DNA of 64,000 nt from an uncultured candidate division Zixibacteria bacterium (lineage in GTDB: Bacteria; Zixibacteria; MSB-5A5; GN15; FEB-12), in contig CAWDXE010000006.1 of the NCBI GenBank assembly GCA_963806185.1, positions 1 to 64,000 of the forward strand, read 5' to 3'. The translations under genes were made by a program, and so were the position numbers. Shown in pieces: positions 18,413 through 28,376 of this stretch; positions within the stretch are counted from its first letter, which is position 1; every line of letters starts with the position of its first letter. The notes below the pieces were generated by a model. That model ran no database searches, was not told the DNA's origin, and worked only from the letters and a program-made list of their open reading frames with translations.

Positions 18413-20668
18413 TCAGTTCGGAGCACCCACGGGTGCGGCAATGCCGTACCGTTTCAGTTTCATCCGCACTGTGGCCTCGTGAACGCCCAGCAGTCTCGCC
18501 GCTTCGCTCTTGTTGCCGTGCGCGGCCAAAGAGCGCTCGGTGATGAGCTGGCGTTCGAATTTCTCAACCCGATCGAAGAAATTCCCGTCGGCCGGCACCG
18601 TCGTCCCGGCAAAGATGGTGCGTGCCACCTCCTCCAGCTTGCCGTCGCTGACGAGTTGGGTCATGACTTCGAGCCGTTTGATCTTATTGGCCAGTTCGCG
18701 CACGTTGCCCGGCCAGTCGTAATCCATGAACTGGCGGACAAGCGCGCCGGCCGGCAATTCGCCTTCGGCCAGTAACCCGGCCTGTTGCAGGAAGTAGTTG
18801 ACGAGAAGCGGGATATCCTCCCGTCGCTCGCGGAGCGGCGGAATTGAAACGCAATGCCGCTCAGCCGGTAGTAAAGGTCGCGTCGGAACTTCGCCCTCCT
18901 CGACCATCTTCTCCAGGTCGCAGTTGGTGGCGGCGACCAGTTTGATGTCGAGGTCGATCTCGTTGGTGGCTCCGAGCGGGAGGACGCGACGGCGCTCCAG
19001 CACCGCGAGCAATTTCGCCTGCAGGGCGAGCGGCATGTCGCCGATTTCATCCAATAAAAGGACACCTCCGTTGGCCGCCACAAATAGCCCGATCTTTGCC
19101 GAATCGGCTCCGGTAAATGCCCCCTTGGCGAAGCCAAAGAGTTCGGACTCCAGTAGTGATTCGGGCACTGACGCACAATTGATGGCCACGTACGGTCCGT
19201 CGGGACGGACGACCGAATGGAAGTAGCGAGCCAGATGGTCCTTGCCGACGCCGGTCTCACCGGTGATCAGGATCGCCAGATCCGACTTGGCAAAGAGCGG
19301 AAGTTGCGCCTTGAAACGATTAATATCCGGGCACGACGTAATGTAGTCGCTCGTCTGCACACCAGCGGTCGCTCGCTTCGGATGGGTGTTGGCGATCAAC
19401 TCGATACCGGCAAGGGCGTCGATTTTCCGCGCGATCTTTTCCAAATAGGTCGGGAGCCCAAATCGCGCGTAGGCCTCCTCGGCCCGGAACAGGTAGTTCA
19501 CCCGTTGCCGAATACCAAACGACTCGCAATCGCCTGCTGCCGTCAGTGTCTGCGCGAATTCGTAGCGCGCCCCGCCATCCTCGAGTTGTTCCATCGCCTG
19601 GCTAAACAGCCTGCGAGCATCCTCGGCTTTGCCGGCAAGATGCGCGATCTGCGCCTTGAGCCTGAGCAATGAACCCAGCTCAACGCGATCATTGGCCTTC
19701 TCAAAAATGACCCAGCTGTGGGAGACGAATTTCTGCGCCATGCGCTCGTTGCGCACACGCAGGTAGACTTCGCCGAGATGACGCATGACGCGGGCGGCCA
19801 GCGTGGTTTCCGGACCGATTTTTTCGGCTTCAACCAGCGCTAGTTCCAGCATGCGCCGGGCCTCATCCAATTGACCCAGCTGGTAGTTCAATTCACCGAG
19901 GTACGACAGATAGATGACCTCATCGCGCTTGGACTGGCTGGCGATGATACCCGGGTAGGCCGTCTGCAGCGCCTTTTCCGCTTTGGCATAGTCGGCCATC
20001 TGCAGGTAGACATACGCGAGCGAAAGGTTGGCGCGCGACAAATCCAGTTCGTCGTGCAGCTCTGCCGACAAGTCGATGTTGATCAGGAGGTGTTTCTCCG
20101 CTTCGGCCAGTTCGCCGATAAACGTGTAGATACGGCCGATATTGCCCATCATGAAGGCTAGCTTCTTTTTGTCGTCGAGCCGGCGGGCGATTTCCACGGC
20201 ATCCATCAATACGTTCAGGGCATTACGATAGTCGGTACGGCGGAAGAGCATGCCGGCCAGACCGTTGAGAGCGCGGCTCTGACCCTCGAGATTGTCGTTG
20301 CGACGAAAGATCGATTCGGCGTCGCGGTACGACGTCTCCGCTTCTTTGAACTGGCCGAGGTCGCGCAGGATATTGCCGAGCGTGACGCATACATCGGCCA
20401 GGAGAATCGTGTCCCCATCCTTGGCAGCGGCGGCCTGCGCCAGTCGCCCAGTCTTGAGGGCGGTGGGCAGGTCATTCGACGCCAGATAGGCGCGCGCTGC
20501 CTGGAAGTATACGTTTCCGGCCGCAGCGGGACAGAGGTCGACCAGCAGGGGACGCTGGGCCTCATACTGCTTGATGGCCGCGGCATAGTCTCGTTTGCCT
20601 ACCAGCTCCGCAAGGGCGTTTGCCAGTGATTGGCCGAGTGCTATGTCGTAATTTTGGTGAGTACGCAT
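18413..20668 (-). CDS. Sigma54-dependent enhancer-binding protein with N-terminal TPR array and Fis-type HTH
   Basis: ~420 aa of TPR-like helices; GETGVGK Walker A, GAFTGA, LDEIG Walker B, WPGNVREL, GNKSEAARLLGV. Compensating frameshifts near 18850-18895 move FRRDLYYRL into another frame. Confidence 0.92.
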   Translation of the reverse strand: MRTHQNYDIALGQSLANALAELVGKRDYAAAIKQYEAQRPLLVDLCPAAAGNVYFQAARAYLASNDLPTALKTGRLAQAAAAKDGDTILLADVCVTLGNILRDLGQFKEAETSYRDAESIFRRNDNLEGQSRALNGLAGMLFRRTDYRNALNVLMDAVEIARRLDDKKKLAFMMGNIGRIYTFIGELAEAEKHLLINIDLSAELHDELDLSRANLSLAYVYLQMADYAKAEKALQTAYPGIIASQSKRDEVIYLSYLGELNYQLGQLDEARRMLELALVEAEKIGPETTLAARVMRHLGEVYLRVRNERMAQKFVSHSWVIFEKANDRVELGSLLRLKAQIAHLAGKAEDARRLFSQAMEQLEDGGARYEFAQTLTAAGDCESFGIRQRVNYLFRAEEAYARFGLPTYLEKIARKIDALAGIELIANTHPKRATAGVQTSDYITSCPDINRFKAQLPLFAKSDLAILITGETGVGKDHLARYFHSVVRPDGPYVAINCASVPESLLESELFGFAKGAFTGADSAKIGLFVAANGGVLLLDEIGDMPLALQAKLLAVLERRRVLPLGATNEIDLDIKLVAATNCDLEKMVEEGEVPTRPLLPAERHCVSIPPLRERREDIPLLVNYFLQQAGLLAEGELPAGALVRQFMDYDWPGNVRELANKIKRLEVMTQLVSDGKLEEVARTIFAGTTVPADGNFFDRVEKFERQLITERSLAAHGNKSEAARLLGVHEATVRMKLKRYGIAAPVGAPN

Positions 20669-20670
20669 AG

Positions 20671-21072
20671 TTATCGTGCTCCGTCACTGACGGTTGTGGA
20701 GTTGGTGGTGGTGGCTGTACCGGTGTCGGTGGAACCGGTCTTGAGGCGCAGCTTCTGTTCGCGCATTTCGGTCATGATCCAGCGCGAAACCATGTCGACG
20801 AAATAGAGGCGCACGCGAAGCACGAGCGTCTCAGCCTCGATAATAGCCGACGGCTTTTGCCGAATGGTCGGCCGAGTTCCGGGGTCAGTATTCGGATTGG
20901 CTATGGATTGATCTTCGCCCCACGGATGGTCATCAAGGGCGCCACCGCCGGGACCATTAGTCGAGACCGCTTCGTCATGAAGCACGTAAGGCCGGTTGTA
21001 CGACCAGCCATTGGCGCCGAGTGCCAATACGCACACCAGCACCATCAGCAAAATACACAGACCGTTTCGCAT
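20671..21072 (-). CDS. Small secreted protein / putative peptide precursor (133 aa, DDHPWG motif)
   Basis: AAGGAG RBS, signal peptide, low-complexity body; stop codon 2 nt before the activator ATG. Confidence 0.75.
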   Translation of the reverse strand: MRNGLCILLMVLVCVLALGANGWSYNRPYVLHDEAVSTNGPGGGALDDHPWGEDQSIANPNTDPGTRPTIRQKPSAIIEAETLVLRVRLYFVDMVSRWIMTEMREQKLRLKTGSTDTGTATTTNSTTVSDGAR

Positions 21073-21186
21073 GGTTACACTCCTTTTGGCGTAAAGTGTA
21101 TGTTTAAACAGTTCTCTTGCGTTTTCTGTATGGCGTGAAGTAAAAGTGAGGATATGAGGAACCGGGCATCCCTACCACTGACTAAA

Positions 21187-21215
21187 AGGATACCTCAATC
21201 ATCGACCTGTGTCAA
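21187..21215 (-). promoter_or_regulatory. Sigma70-type promoter for the secreted protein / activator operon
   Basis: TTGACA-N17-TATCCT on the minus strand. Confidence 0.7.
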
Positions 21216-21247
21216 GATATTTGTCTATTCCGGCCGAATTGCAGAGA

Positions 21248-21283
21248 CAATAAAGGCGCGTCCAACCCCTGTGGCACGCGCCT
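21248..21283 (-). terminator. Probable terminator after the 21814 gene
   Basis: AGGCGCGT...ACGCGCCT stem followed by TTATTG. Confidence 0.5.
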
Positions 21284-21309
21284 GACGCGATACTTCTCAA
21301 CATCAACTC

Positions 21310-21814
21310 CTACTCGGCAACTGTCGTCGCCCCCCGCCTCCACCGACAGGGTAATCTTTTCCGTCCCGGTCGCGGCCACTTCAATCGGCGCCTTGATACG
21401 GACATTGTCCATCTGGCAGAGTTTGGAGCCGTTCTCGCAAAAGAAGACCGCGGCATCTACGGTGAGCGAGGTCGTCCCTGCGTGTGACGTGACCGCCACC
21501 CTCAACGGGAACAGATTGGACCCCTTCTTTCCGTTAATGCCCTTGGGCAAACGGAGAATCTTCTCGTCGCCTGATTTCCACTTGAGCGTCGTCGGCGCCT
21601 CTGCCGCAAAATGATACCCGCGCGGCAATTCGACATCGAGCTGCACCGTTCCTGCGCCCGGCTTGAGTATCTGCTTGGGCAGGTCGATCACTCGACCGTG
21701 GAATTCGTCTTCTGGAGCAGGCGCGGGTTTGGTGGCGTCCTGGCCGGCCCTAAGCGCGCTGCTGAGCAACAGGGTGACCATACAAATGGCGGTCGATATT
21801 TGGCGAATGTGCAC
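21310..21814 (-). CDS. Exported Ig-like protein with a Cys pair (DsbD-N / NHL-thioredoxin C-terminal-like)
   Basis: Signal peptide, LPRGYHF, FFCENGSKLC. Removing one base from the C-run near 21330 gives a stop at 21310, just before the terminator. Confidence 0.55.
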
Positions 21815-22068
21815 GGGCAGCCCTTTCGTTAATTGAATATCCTCGCTTCGAGCGGACAGCAGCTTCACTATTCTGCTTACTCCTATCGACGGCAATAGTT
21901 GCACTGGCATGAAAACTACTCTCCCAACCTCGGGTCGTCAATCGGGAAGATGCACGTCGGCGACGGATAAGGGCTCCGCCGAATCGCTTCCGTCCTTGAC
22001 CCGGTCGGTTCGGCTGAATATCTTCTGCGGAATTGCACTTGGTCCCGCTACCTGCTTCCGGAGAATCC

Positions 22069-24570
22069 GTGCGTTTGCCTTTGCTTCTACTGCCGGCCGT
22101 CCTTCTTTTCGCAACCAGCCACGCCCAGAACGTCGGCGACAGCGGGCAATCCGCCCCGACCCGGCGAATAGCTTTTCTTCGCGGAGCGATCGCTCCGTCC
22201 GCCGCCTCGCCTGACGGCTTTGTCGTCTATCAAACCGCTCACAACCAAGGTAGAATTCAGCTAACCGTTTCCAACAGCGGACGCTTCGGCGTGCCCCGCG
22301 TCCCCGACTACCCGCACATCCCGGTTAAGGATCCTCTGACCAATGCCAACATTCAGCGCTGCACGTATCCCGCGGGTCAGGATCACGCCTTCATGCTCGA
22401 TTCCTACTTCTGGATCGGCGCGGCGCGTGATGGCGATACGGCCGTGGTGGATGAGGAATGGATGCCCGATGAGAGCGAATTCCGCCCGTTTGGCTACGAA
22501 AGCAATTCCCGCGCCTTGACCAATATCTACTCCCCCTCCGCCCGTTCGGAACTGGACATCCTCTGCGCCTACACCGATACCACCCGCGATCGAAACATGG
22601 TGCCGACCAACCACATACCGACGATGCTGAAGATCAAGCAGCGCTCCATGGCCTGGGGAGGCGCAGGAGCCGACGATTTCGTGCTGGTTGAGTGCGAGCT
22701 GCAGAACCTCGGTGCGGCCACCCTGCGCAAGATCTGGTTCGGCATCACGTTTAATAACGAAGTCCGCAATATCAGCGAGGTTGAGACCAGCGACAATTCG
22801 TACACCAGGTTTCTCACCGGCTTTCTCCCGTATGACGTGGTCCCGCGAAGTTGTCTCGACCCGGAACGACTCGACATGGCCTACGTCATGTCGGCCGACG
22901 CGCGGCCGTTCATCAAACAATGGACGAAATATTCCGCACTGGCGGCGGTCGGAGTCCGCATCATTGCCGCTCCTCTCGATTCCATTCGCCCCAATTACAA
23001 CTGGGAGACCTACACCGACAACGGCTGGTACAGCCCGCGTCTGCGAGGGACGGCGCAGGATCCATTCCGCACCTACGGGTACTGGGGTCCCTGGAATAAT
23101 CGGGGGCAATTGTATCACTTCCTCAGCCATAAGGAAATTGACTACGATCAGATGTTTGCGGCGGTCAATCATTACTGGGACGGCTGGTTTCTTCCTGCCG
23201 GAAACGCCGCCGATCTGGCGTCCGGCGACTACGCCTACGCCACGATCAGCGCCGGAGGATTCGATTTGGCGCCCGGTGCCAGTACCCGGTTGGTCTACGC
23301 GATTGTCGGCGGCGACAGTGTGCATGTCGAGCCGACATCATACGACCGGCTCTTTTCTCCTGGGTCGCCGAACTTCTTCTATCAATCACTCGACTTCTCT
23401 GCCCTGGCCTCGAACGCCCGCTGGGCGGGGCGGATTTATGACAACCCAGGCGTCGACACCGACGGCGACGGGTACGCCGGGGCCTATGAAGTTTGCGACG
23501 GCGATACCGCCTGGTATGTTGGTGACGGCGTTCCGGATTTTAAGGCTGACGCTCCACCTCCCGCTCCTGTCGTCAAGGTGATACCCGAGCAGGGACGACT
23601 GATCATTCGGTGGAACGGCTTCTTCAGCGAAACCACGGCCGATCCGTTCACCCGGGTGGTTGATTTCGAAGGGTACAACGCATATGTCGGGCTCGACTCC
23701 CGCCCTTCCAGCCTGACGCTCTACCGTTCGTATGACAAGCCTGATTATGTGCGCTATCGCCTGATCAAATATGCCGTTGGCAGCTACGAGTGGCGAGCTA
23801 CCGATCTTCCCTTCACGCTCGATTCGCTCCGATCACTTTACGGCGATTCATCCTTCGAACCCCTGGTCTACGACCGGCTGCACCCGCTCGAGATTGACAG
23901 CGTCTTCTATTACTTCGAGGCTCAGGGATTTAATGCCTCGACCATGTCACCGCAGGGCATGCACAAGGTGTATCCCGACGCCGTTCGCCCCGTCAACGAT
24001 TCCCTGCTGTGGACGGATGACGAGGTCACCACCGAGCACGGCCGGCGGCTGCCAAGGTACTACGAGTACGAATACATTGCGGAGGACCTGCTGCCGACCG
24101 TTGAATACTTCGTCAACGTCACTGCTTTCGATTTTGGTTACGCGATCAGCGGTCTGGCCGGGCAGGAGAGCAGCAAATCCGAAGGTATCATCAATGCCTG
24201 GGCCATGCCATCGTCAGTCATAGCACAGGAAGAAAAGCTGGCCGTGTATTGCTGGCCAAATCCATACCGCTTCGACGGCGACTATGAGGCCCAGGGGTAC
24301 GAAAATCGTAAGCAGGATCTCTGGTACGACCGGGCTCATCGCATCCATTTCGCCAATCTCCCCCCGGTATGCAAGATTCATATCTACTCGCTCGACGGTG
24401 ATCTTGTCCGGACGATCGATCACAACTTCGCGCCCGATGATCCGGAGGCTGCCCACGCCAGCTGGGACCTGGTGACGCGCAACATCCAGTTGGCCGTATC
24501 GGGAATCTATTACTGGGTGGTTGAATCGGCGACGGGAAACCAGATCGGCAAACTCGTCATTATCGAATGA
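22069..24570 (+). CDS. Large secreted protein with C-terminal PNPY/FlgD-like (T9SS-CTD-like) domain
   Basis: Signal peptide, DTDGDG loop, FN3-like segment, WPNPY...IHFANLPP...IYSLDGDLVRTI...WDL...SGIYYW...GKLVII. Confidence 0.75.
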   Translation: MRLPLLLLPAVLLFATSHAQNVGDSGQSAPTRRIAFLRGAIAPSAASPDGFVVYQTAHNQGRIQLTVSNSGRFGVPRVPDYPHIPVKDPLTNANIQRCTYPAGQDHAFMLDSYFWIGAARDGDTAVVDEEWMPDESEFRPFGYESNSRALTNIYSPSARSELDILCAYTDTTRDRNMVPTNHIPTMLKIKQRSMAWGGAGADDFVLVECELQNLGAATLRKIWFGITFNNEVRNISEVETSDNSYTRFLTGFLPYDVVPRSCLDPERLDMAYVMSADARPFIKQWTKYSALAAVGVRIIAAPLDSIRPNYNWETYTDNGWYSPRLRGTAQDPFRTYGYWGPWNNRGQLYHFLSHKEIDYDQMFAAVNHYWDGWFLPAGNAADLASGDYAYATISAGGFDLAPGASTRLVYAIVGGDSVHVEPTSYDRLFSPGSPNFFYQSLDFSALASNARWAGRIYDNPGVDTDGDGYAGAYEVCDGDTAWYVGDGVPDFKADAPPPAPVVKVIPEQGRLIIRWNGFFSETTADPFTRVVDFEGYNAYVGLDSRPSSLTLYRSYDKPDYVRYRLIKYAVGSYEWRATDLPFTLDSLRSLYGDSSFEPLVYDRLHPLEIDSVFYYFEAQGFNASTMSPQGMHKVYPDAVRPVNDSLLWTDDEVTTEHGRRLPRYYEYEYIAEDLLPTVEYFVNVTAFDFGYAISGLAGQESSKSEGIINAWAMPSSVIAQEEKLAVYCWPNPYRFDGDYEAQGYENRKQDLWYDRAHRIHFANLPPVCKIHIYSLDGDLVRTIDHNFAPDDPEAAHASWDLVTRNIQLAVSGIYYWVVESATGNQIGKLVIIE

Positions 24571-24670
24571 TCGCCGCTTCAAGGTCCCACTGAGATGTGC
24601 CGATACGAGAAGGGGAATCGCTACTCGTGGCAGCGCCCTTCAATCGACTGGAGTACCGAGGCATCCGAAT

Positions 24671-25129
24671 ATGGCGAAACGGTCCGACAAGGGATTCACC
24701 CTCATCGAAGTCATCATCGTCATCGTAACGATCGGCATTCTTGCGGCGGTCGCGGCCCCTGTTTATCAGGATATTGGCAGCCAGGCCCGGACCGCAGCCG
24801 GCAAGCAATCGCTGATGTCGATGCGGGAGGCGATCGATTCCTGGCGTCTGCGCCGCATCGTTACCATCGGCAATGCTTCCTGGCCGACGCGCGATACCTT
24901 GGCCACCGTCAACAGAGTGATGGCCTTCAAAATACCGCCCAATCCTTTTCAGGCGGAGACGAACGCGCCGGATTCGATAGTCACGGGTGTCACCAAGGGG
25001 GTCGTGGTAGGAACGCGCGGCGGCTGGGCATACAAAGCGTCAACCGGCGAAATCTGGCCGAATACCAGTTCCACTATCTCGGCATCGGGGTGTGGTGGAT
25101 CAACCGCGGTCGGCGAGAATAATTGGTAG
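24671..25129 (+). CDS. Type IV pilin / T2SS pseudopilin-like protein
   Basis: KG/FTLIEVIIVIVTIGILAAVAAP prepilin cleavage and methylation motif. Confidence 0.9.
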   Translation: MAKRSDKGFTLIEVIIVIVTIGILAAVAAPVYQDIGSQARTAAGKQSLMSMREAIDSWRLRRIVTIGNASWPTRDTLATVNRVMAFKIPPNPFQAETNAPDSIVTGVTKGVVVGTRGGWAYKASTGEIWPNTSSTISASGCGGSTAVGENNW

Positions 25130-25135
25130 CTGAAT

Positions 25136-25543
25136 TCATTCGCAGTAAATGCGAATGTGTCCCTTTTCATCATCAACTTCGATAGCGGCCTGAGCGAGTG
25201 ATTCGGCGAGTCGGTCAACCGTCTCGCCATCGAGCTGGTTCATATTGAAAGAAATGCCGCGGTCGCGAAAGGCCTGCTGCATCTGCTCCTGAGTCTTGCC
25301 GGGCATAAACGCGCCGAGCTTGATTCCGGTCTTGACGATCAGCAGTGGAATTTTCACATTCACAACTTTGCCGCTGTTGTCGCGCGGCGTGATAGTCACG
25401 CGAAGACTCTGGGCCGATTTCTTCCCGCTCGTTTCTTCGCGCGATACATCTGTCTTCAATGCATCGAGCAGTCGCTCGGCTTCCGTGACCGTCACCTTCC
25501 CTTCGGCGAGAAGAGTGAGTATGCGTCGCCTTTCACTTTCCAT
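25136..25543 (-). CDS. SHOCT-like / YvlB-type N-terminal domain protein
   Basis: ERRRILTLLAEGKVTVTEAERLLDAL and VNVKIPL; overlaps the DUF2089 gene. Confidence 0.75.
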   Translation of the reverse strand: MESERRRILTLLAEGKVTVTEAERLLDALKTDVSREETSGKKSAQSLRVTITPRDNSGKVVNVKIPLLIVKTGIKLGAFMPGKTQEQMQQAFRDRGISFNMNQLDGETVDRLAESLAQAAIEVDDEKGHIRIYCE

Positions 25544-25916
25544 CTCTGCCTTCACCTTTCTCGAGCAGATCGATCGCCTGCACGGGTGTGATTTCCCCGC
25601 GCTCCAGCCGGTCGATAACGACTTCCCGGTCCGACGGGGTACTGATCGCCACGACCTGTAATTGCTCACCAATGCGATTCAGCCGAGCCTTAATAGTGGG
25701 ATAGCTAACTCCGAAGTATTCTTCCATTTGTTTGATCGAGCCATGACAGCGGACAAAGGCGGCCACGAAAATCTGGTCGGCGGCGTCCAGCCGGGCCAGC
25801 AGCGGGAGCTCAAACTCGCCCTCAATCGCGATTTCTGCGTCTGCAAGTCGAACGCGCGCAATAAGAAAAGGACGTCCGCCGGTGATATCCGTGAGGGCTT
25901 GCCAAGTGTCTGCCAT
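25533..25916 (-). CDS. DUF2089 domain protein
   Basis: IEGEF...FVRCHGSIKQMEEYFGVSYPTIKARL...RLERGEIT. Confidence 0.85.
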   Translation of the reverse strand: MADTWQALTDITGGRPFLIARVRLADAEIAIEGEFELPLLARLDAADQIFVAAFVRCHGSIKQMEEYFGVSYPTIKARLNRIGEQLQVVAISTPSDREVVIDRLERGEITPVQAIDLLEKGEGRDGK

Positions 25917-26120
25917 GTTTTCTTCAATCACTCCCTTTCAGGGAATATACGAAATGAATCAATAAAGTTAATAGATATTTCTCAGAATATTGAAATTAGT
26001 TAATTAGTGATTGAGTTTGTCTCTTTAATCGAAAATCGATGACTGTGGGATAGCGCGTGTAGGTGGACCCGGAGGGGTGAGACAATCAACGGATGTTACC
26101 AAATAATTCGCATTTTCTTC

Positions 26121-26148
26121 TTGACAACTTTTCCAGTTTCATTAACTT
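26121..26148 (+). promoter_or_regulatory. Sigma70-like promoter with no downstream plus-strand ORF
   Basis: TTGACA-N16-TAACTT in an AT-rich intergenic region. Confidence 0.45.
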
Positions 26149-26154
26149 ATTTGT

Positions 26155-26237
26155 GCAATCGGAAAGTGTTACTCTTTCTGTGGATTACCTAATATCGTCC
26201 ACCCAGGTAGGATGACCACCTGCCTGGGTTATTTTTT
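26155..26237 (+). ncRNA. Candidate ~80-nt small RNA ending in an intrinsic terminator
   Basis: Possible hairpins GAAAG/CTTTC and GTGGA/TCCAC, then terminator ACCCAGGTAGG/CCTGCCTGGGT + TATTTTTT. Confidence 0.45.
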
Positions 26238-26282
26238 GTGTGAGATTGCGGGTGAATCCTGACTTACCGCCGACGACATCTC

Positions 26283-26945
26283 TCAGACTGATCGACGATC
26301 AGCATCAAACCAGAATAGAAGTGCGATCAGCAATATGATTGTGCCCAAGCCTTGTACGGCCACCATGGCCACACTGGGCGGCGTTGGTGCAATCGCCTGC
26401 CCGATGAGTGCCATCAGCCCGACGACGCCGGTGAGAATCACCGGCCCGTACTTCCCAAGCATAGTGATTCCCTCTGTAGCTCGGTAGTAGTACCAGAGCC
26501 CAGTAAGAAGAATTGCCGCCTCGACAACGAGGGCCACGACAAGGCGATTCCACAACCCCAAGCCAATGTGAAGCGATGACTCGCCGGCCAGAGGCATGTC
26601 CGGCGGATGGACGAGAAGGTCGAGAAGAAAATGCGAAGCGGTCGCCGTCGCAAGCACGAGCGCCACACGTTGCGCACCCACGCCTCGCCACACAAGGCGG
26701 CCGATAGCGTACGCAATCGCCGTCCACATGACCGCCGCGAAAATACTATGAGAATAGGGAAAGACAAACTGCAGATAGTGAAGCCTTGCATACTGTTCGG
26801 GGATGGCCACTTGTTCGATCCCGAGCAGAGCAAGTGTCCAGAGCAGCAGATCCGGCCAGAGAGAAGCGAAACATAGCCAGCCGACATTGAGTCGTGGCTC
26901 AGCTCTCTTGAGGGCAAGCGCGACGCCGAAGTGTCCGATCAACAT
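26283..26945 (-). CDS. Membrane-bound metal-dependent hydrolase-like protein
   Basis: MLIGH, PDLL, YSHS, SHFLLDLLVH, GLGLWN. Confidence 0.75.
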   Translation of the reverse strand: MLIGHFGVALALKRAEPRLNVGWLCFASLWPDLLLWTLALLGIEQVAIPEQYARLHYLQFVFPYSHSIFAAVMWTAIAYAIGRLVWRGVGAQRVALVLATATASHFLLDLLVHPPDMPLAGESSLHIGLGLWNRLVVALVVEAAILLTGLWYYYRATEGITMLGKYGPVILTGVVGLMALIGQAIAPTPPSVAMVAVQGLGTIILLIALLFWFDADRRSV

Positions 26946-26951
26946 AGTCGA

Positions 26952-27752
26952 TTAACTGGCAGACAACTCAGAGCTAACATTTCCAACCAGAATCAGTTTT
27001 GGCGAATCCACCGAAAACTCGCCGCCGCCGAAATTGCCGAACGCTGATATCGACTCAAATCCGGCTGCAGTCAGGAGTGAAATCAACTCAGAGCAAGTAT
27101 ACAGCCGTACTGAAAGTATATAGTCGCGGATATCCCCCGCTTCGACCAAGCTCCGATTGATGGTCATTCGGCCGGCGACGGGATCGAAATCATGTTTTTC
27201 AAGGACGATAACGCTCTCGTGTCGATGGAACTCCCTGACGCCGTGCTTGCGAATGTACTTGTCACGATTCCACAATTCCAGACATAGTTTGCCGCTCCTT
27301 GTGAGAGCCCGCCGCATTTGAATAAGGATCTGCAGCGAGTCGTCGTCAGTATCCGCGTATCCGAAACTCCCAAACAAGCAGAGGAGGATATCAAACTCGT
27401 TCACAAAGGGTATTGCCGCCATGTCACCGACTATCAAATCAGCTCCGAGTGATTGCTCATCAAGTAGTGCTCGGGCGCGCCCAATCATCGCTTCCGATTG
27501 ATCGATCCCTACCACCTCATAGCCTCTGGCGGCAAATTCGACGACATGCCGTCCCCAACCACATCCGACATCCAGCAAACGTTCTCTACCGGTCAGACCC
27601 AGCAGCGACACCAGTCCATCCACTTCATCCCGAGTCCGCTCCTTCGTCAGTACGGCGGCCTTCCCGGTTCGCATGTAATCAGCGCCGAAGTATCGCCAGT
27701 TATCTTCGGCATGACTGCCCGGTCGGGCAGCTGTGCTCGTATGTTTTGTCAT
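26952..27752 (-). CDS. Class I SAM-dependent methyltransferase
   Basis: LLDVGCGWGRH, GID, GDM, SFGY. Confidence 0.9.
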   Translation of the reverse strand: MTKHTSTAARPGSHAEDNWRYFGADYMRTGKAAVLTKERTRDEVDGLVSLLGLTGRERLLDVGCGWGRHVVEFAARGYEVVGIDQSEAMIGRARALLDEQSLGADLIVGDMAAIPFVNEFDILLCLFGSFGYADTDDDSLQILIQMRRALTRSGKLCLELWNRDKYIRKHGVREFHRHESVIVLEKHDFDPVAGRMTINRSLVEAGDIRDYILSVRLYTCSELISLLTAAGFESISAFGNFGGGEFSVDSPKLILVGNVSSELSAS

Positions 27753-27832
27753 GAGGGGTCAACTACTGTATTCGGCAAGGCGAACATGCGTCTTACGTGC
27801 CAAGACGGCTTGCCACGCCTGGCGGACTCGGC

Positions 27833-28336
27833 TCAAACCTCCGGCGGTTGCCCGCCGTAATTGGACCATTCCTCCATCGCCGGGCCGTACACACCCGGGA
27901 CTTTCAATCCGGCCTGACGCATCAGCACCGTCATCTGGCCCCGGTGATGTACCTCGTGAATGATGATCACGTTGAGTAGTTTGCCCAGCGTCCAGTTCTC
28001 ACCGTAAAAGTTCTTCTCCTCGAGCAGGGTTTTATCGGTCCAGTGCGACTTGACATAGCCGAGCAACTCATCCGATACCTTCGCGTATGAGCGCGCAATT
28101 TCACCTGCCGCTTTCGGCGTCGGGGCCTTGGGATCAACACCTGTGATGGTGATGCCGGTGCTCGCGGTGATCTCCGGATAGGTCGTCACAATATGCCAGG
28201 CCATCCGACCGATATCCCGATGCCCGTTTATCACGGCTTGGTGCAGTGACACATCAGTGAGGGCGTCGAAGACTTTTTGCGTGCTTTCCTTCTCATGGCC
28301 ATACGCTTTTACGAAATCATCAATACTGCGGAACAT
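27833..28336 (-). CDS. DinB family protein
   Basis: MAWHI and HEVHHRGQMTVLMRQAG...PGVYGP. Confidence 0.9.
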   Translation of the reverse strand: MFRSIDDFVKAYGHEKESTQKVFDALTDVSLHQAVINGHRDIGRMAWHIVTTYPEITASTGITITGVDPKAPTPKAAGEIARSYAKVSDELLGYVKSHWTDKTLLEEKNFYGENWTLGKLLNVIIIHEVHHRGQMTVLMRQAGLKVPGVYGPAMEEWSNYGGQPPEV

Positions 28337-28376
28337 CCAATACCTCCCAGGAATGGGTCAAATGTGTACGTCAATT

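Noticed and set aside
21890..21904. Sigma54 promoter CGGCAATAGTTTGCA
   Set aside because: GG-to-GC spacing is 9 rather than 10, the -24 match is weak, and there is no supporting context.
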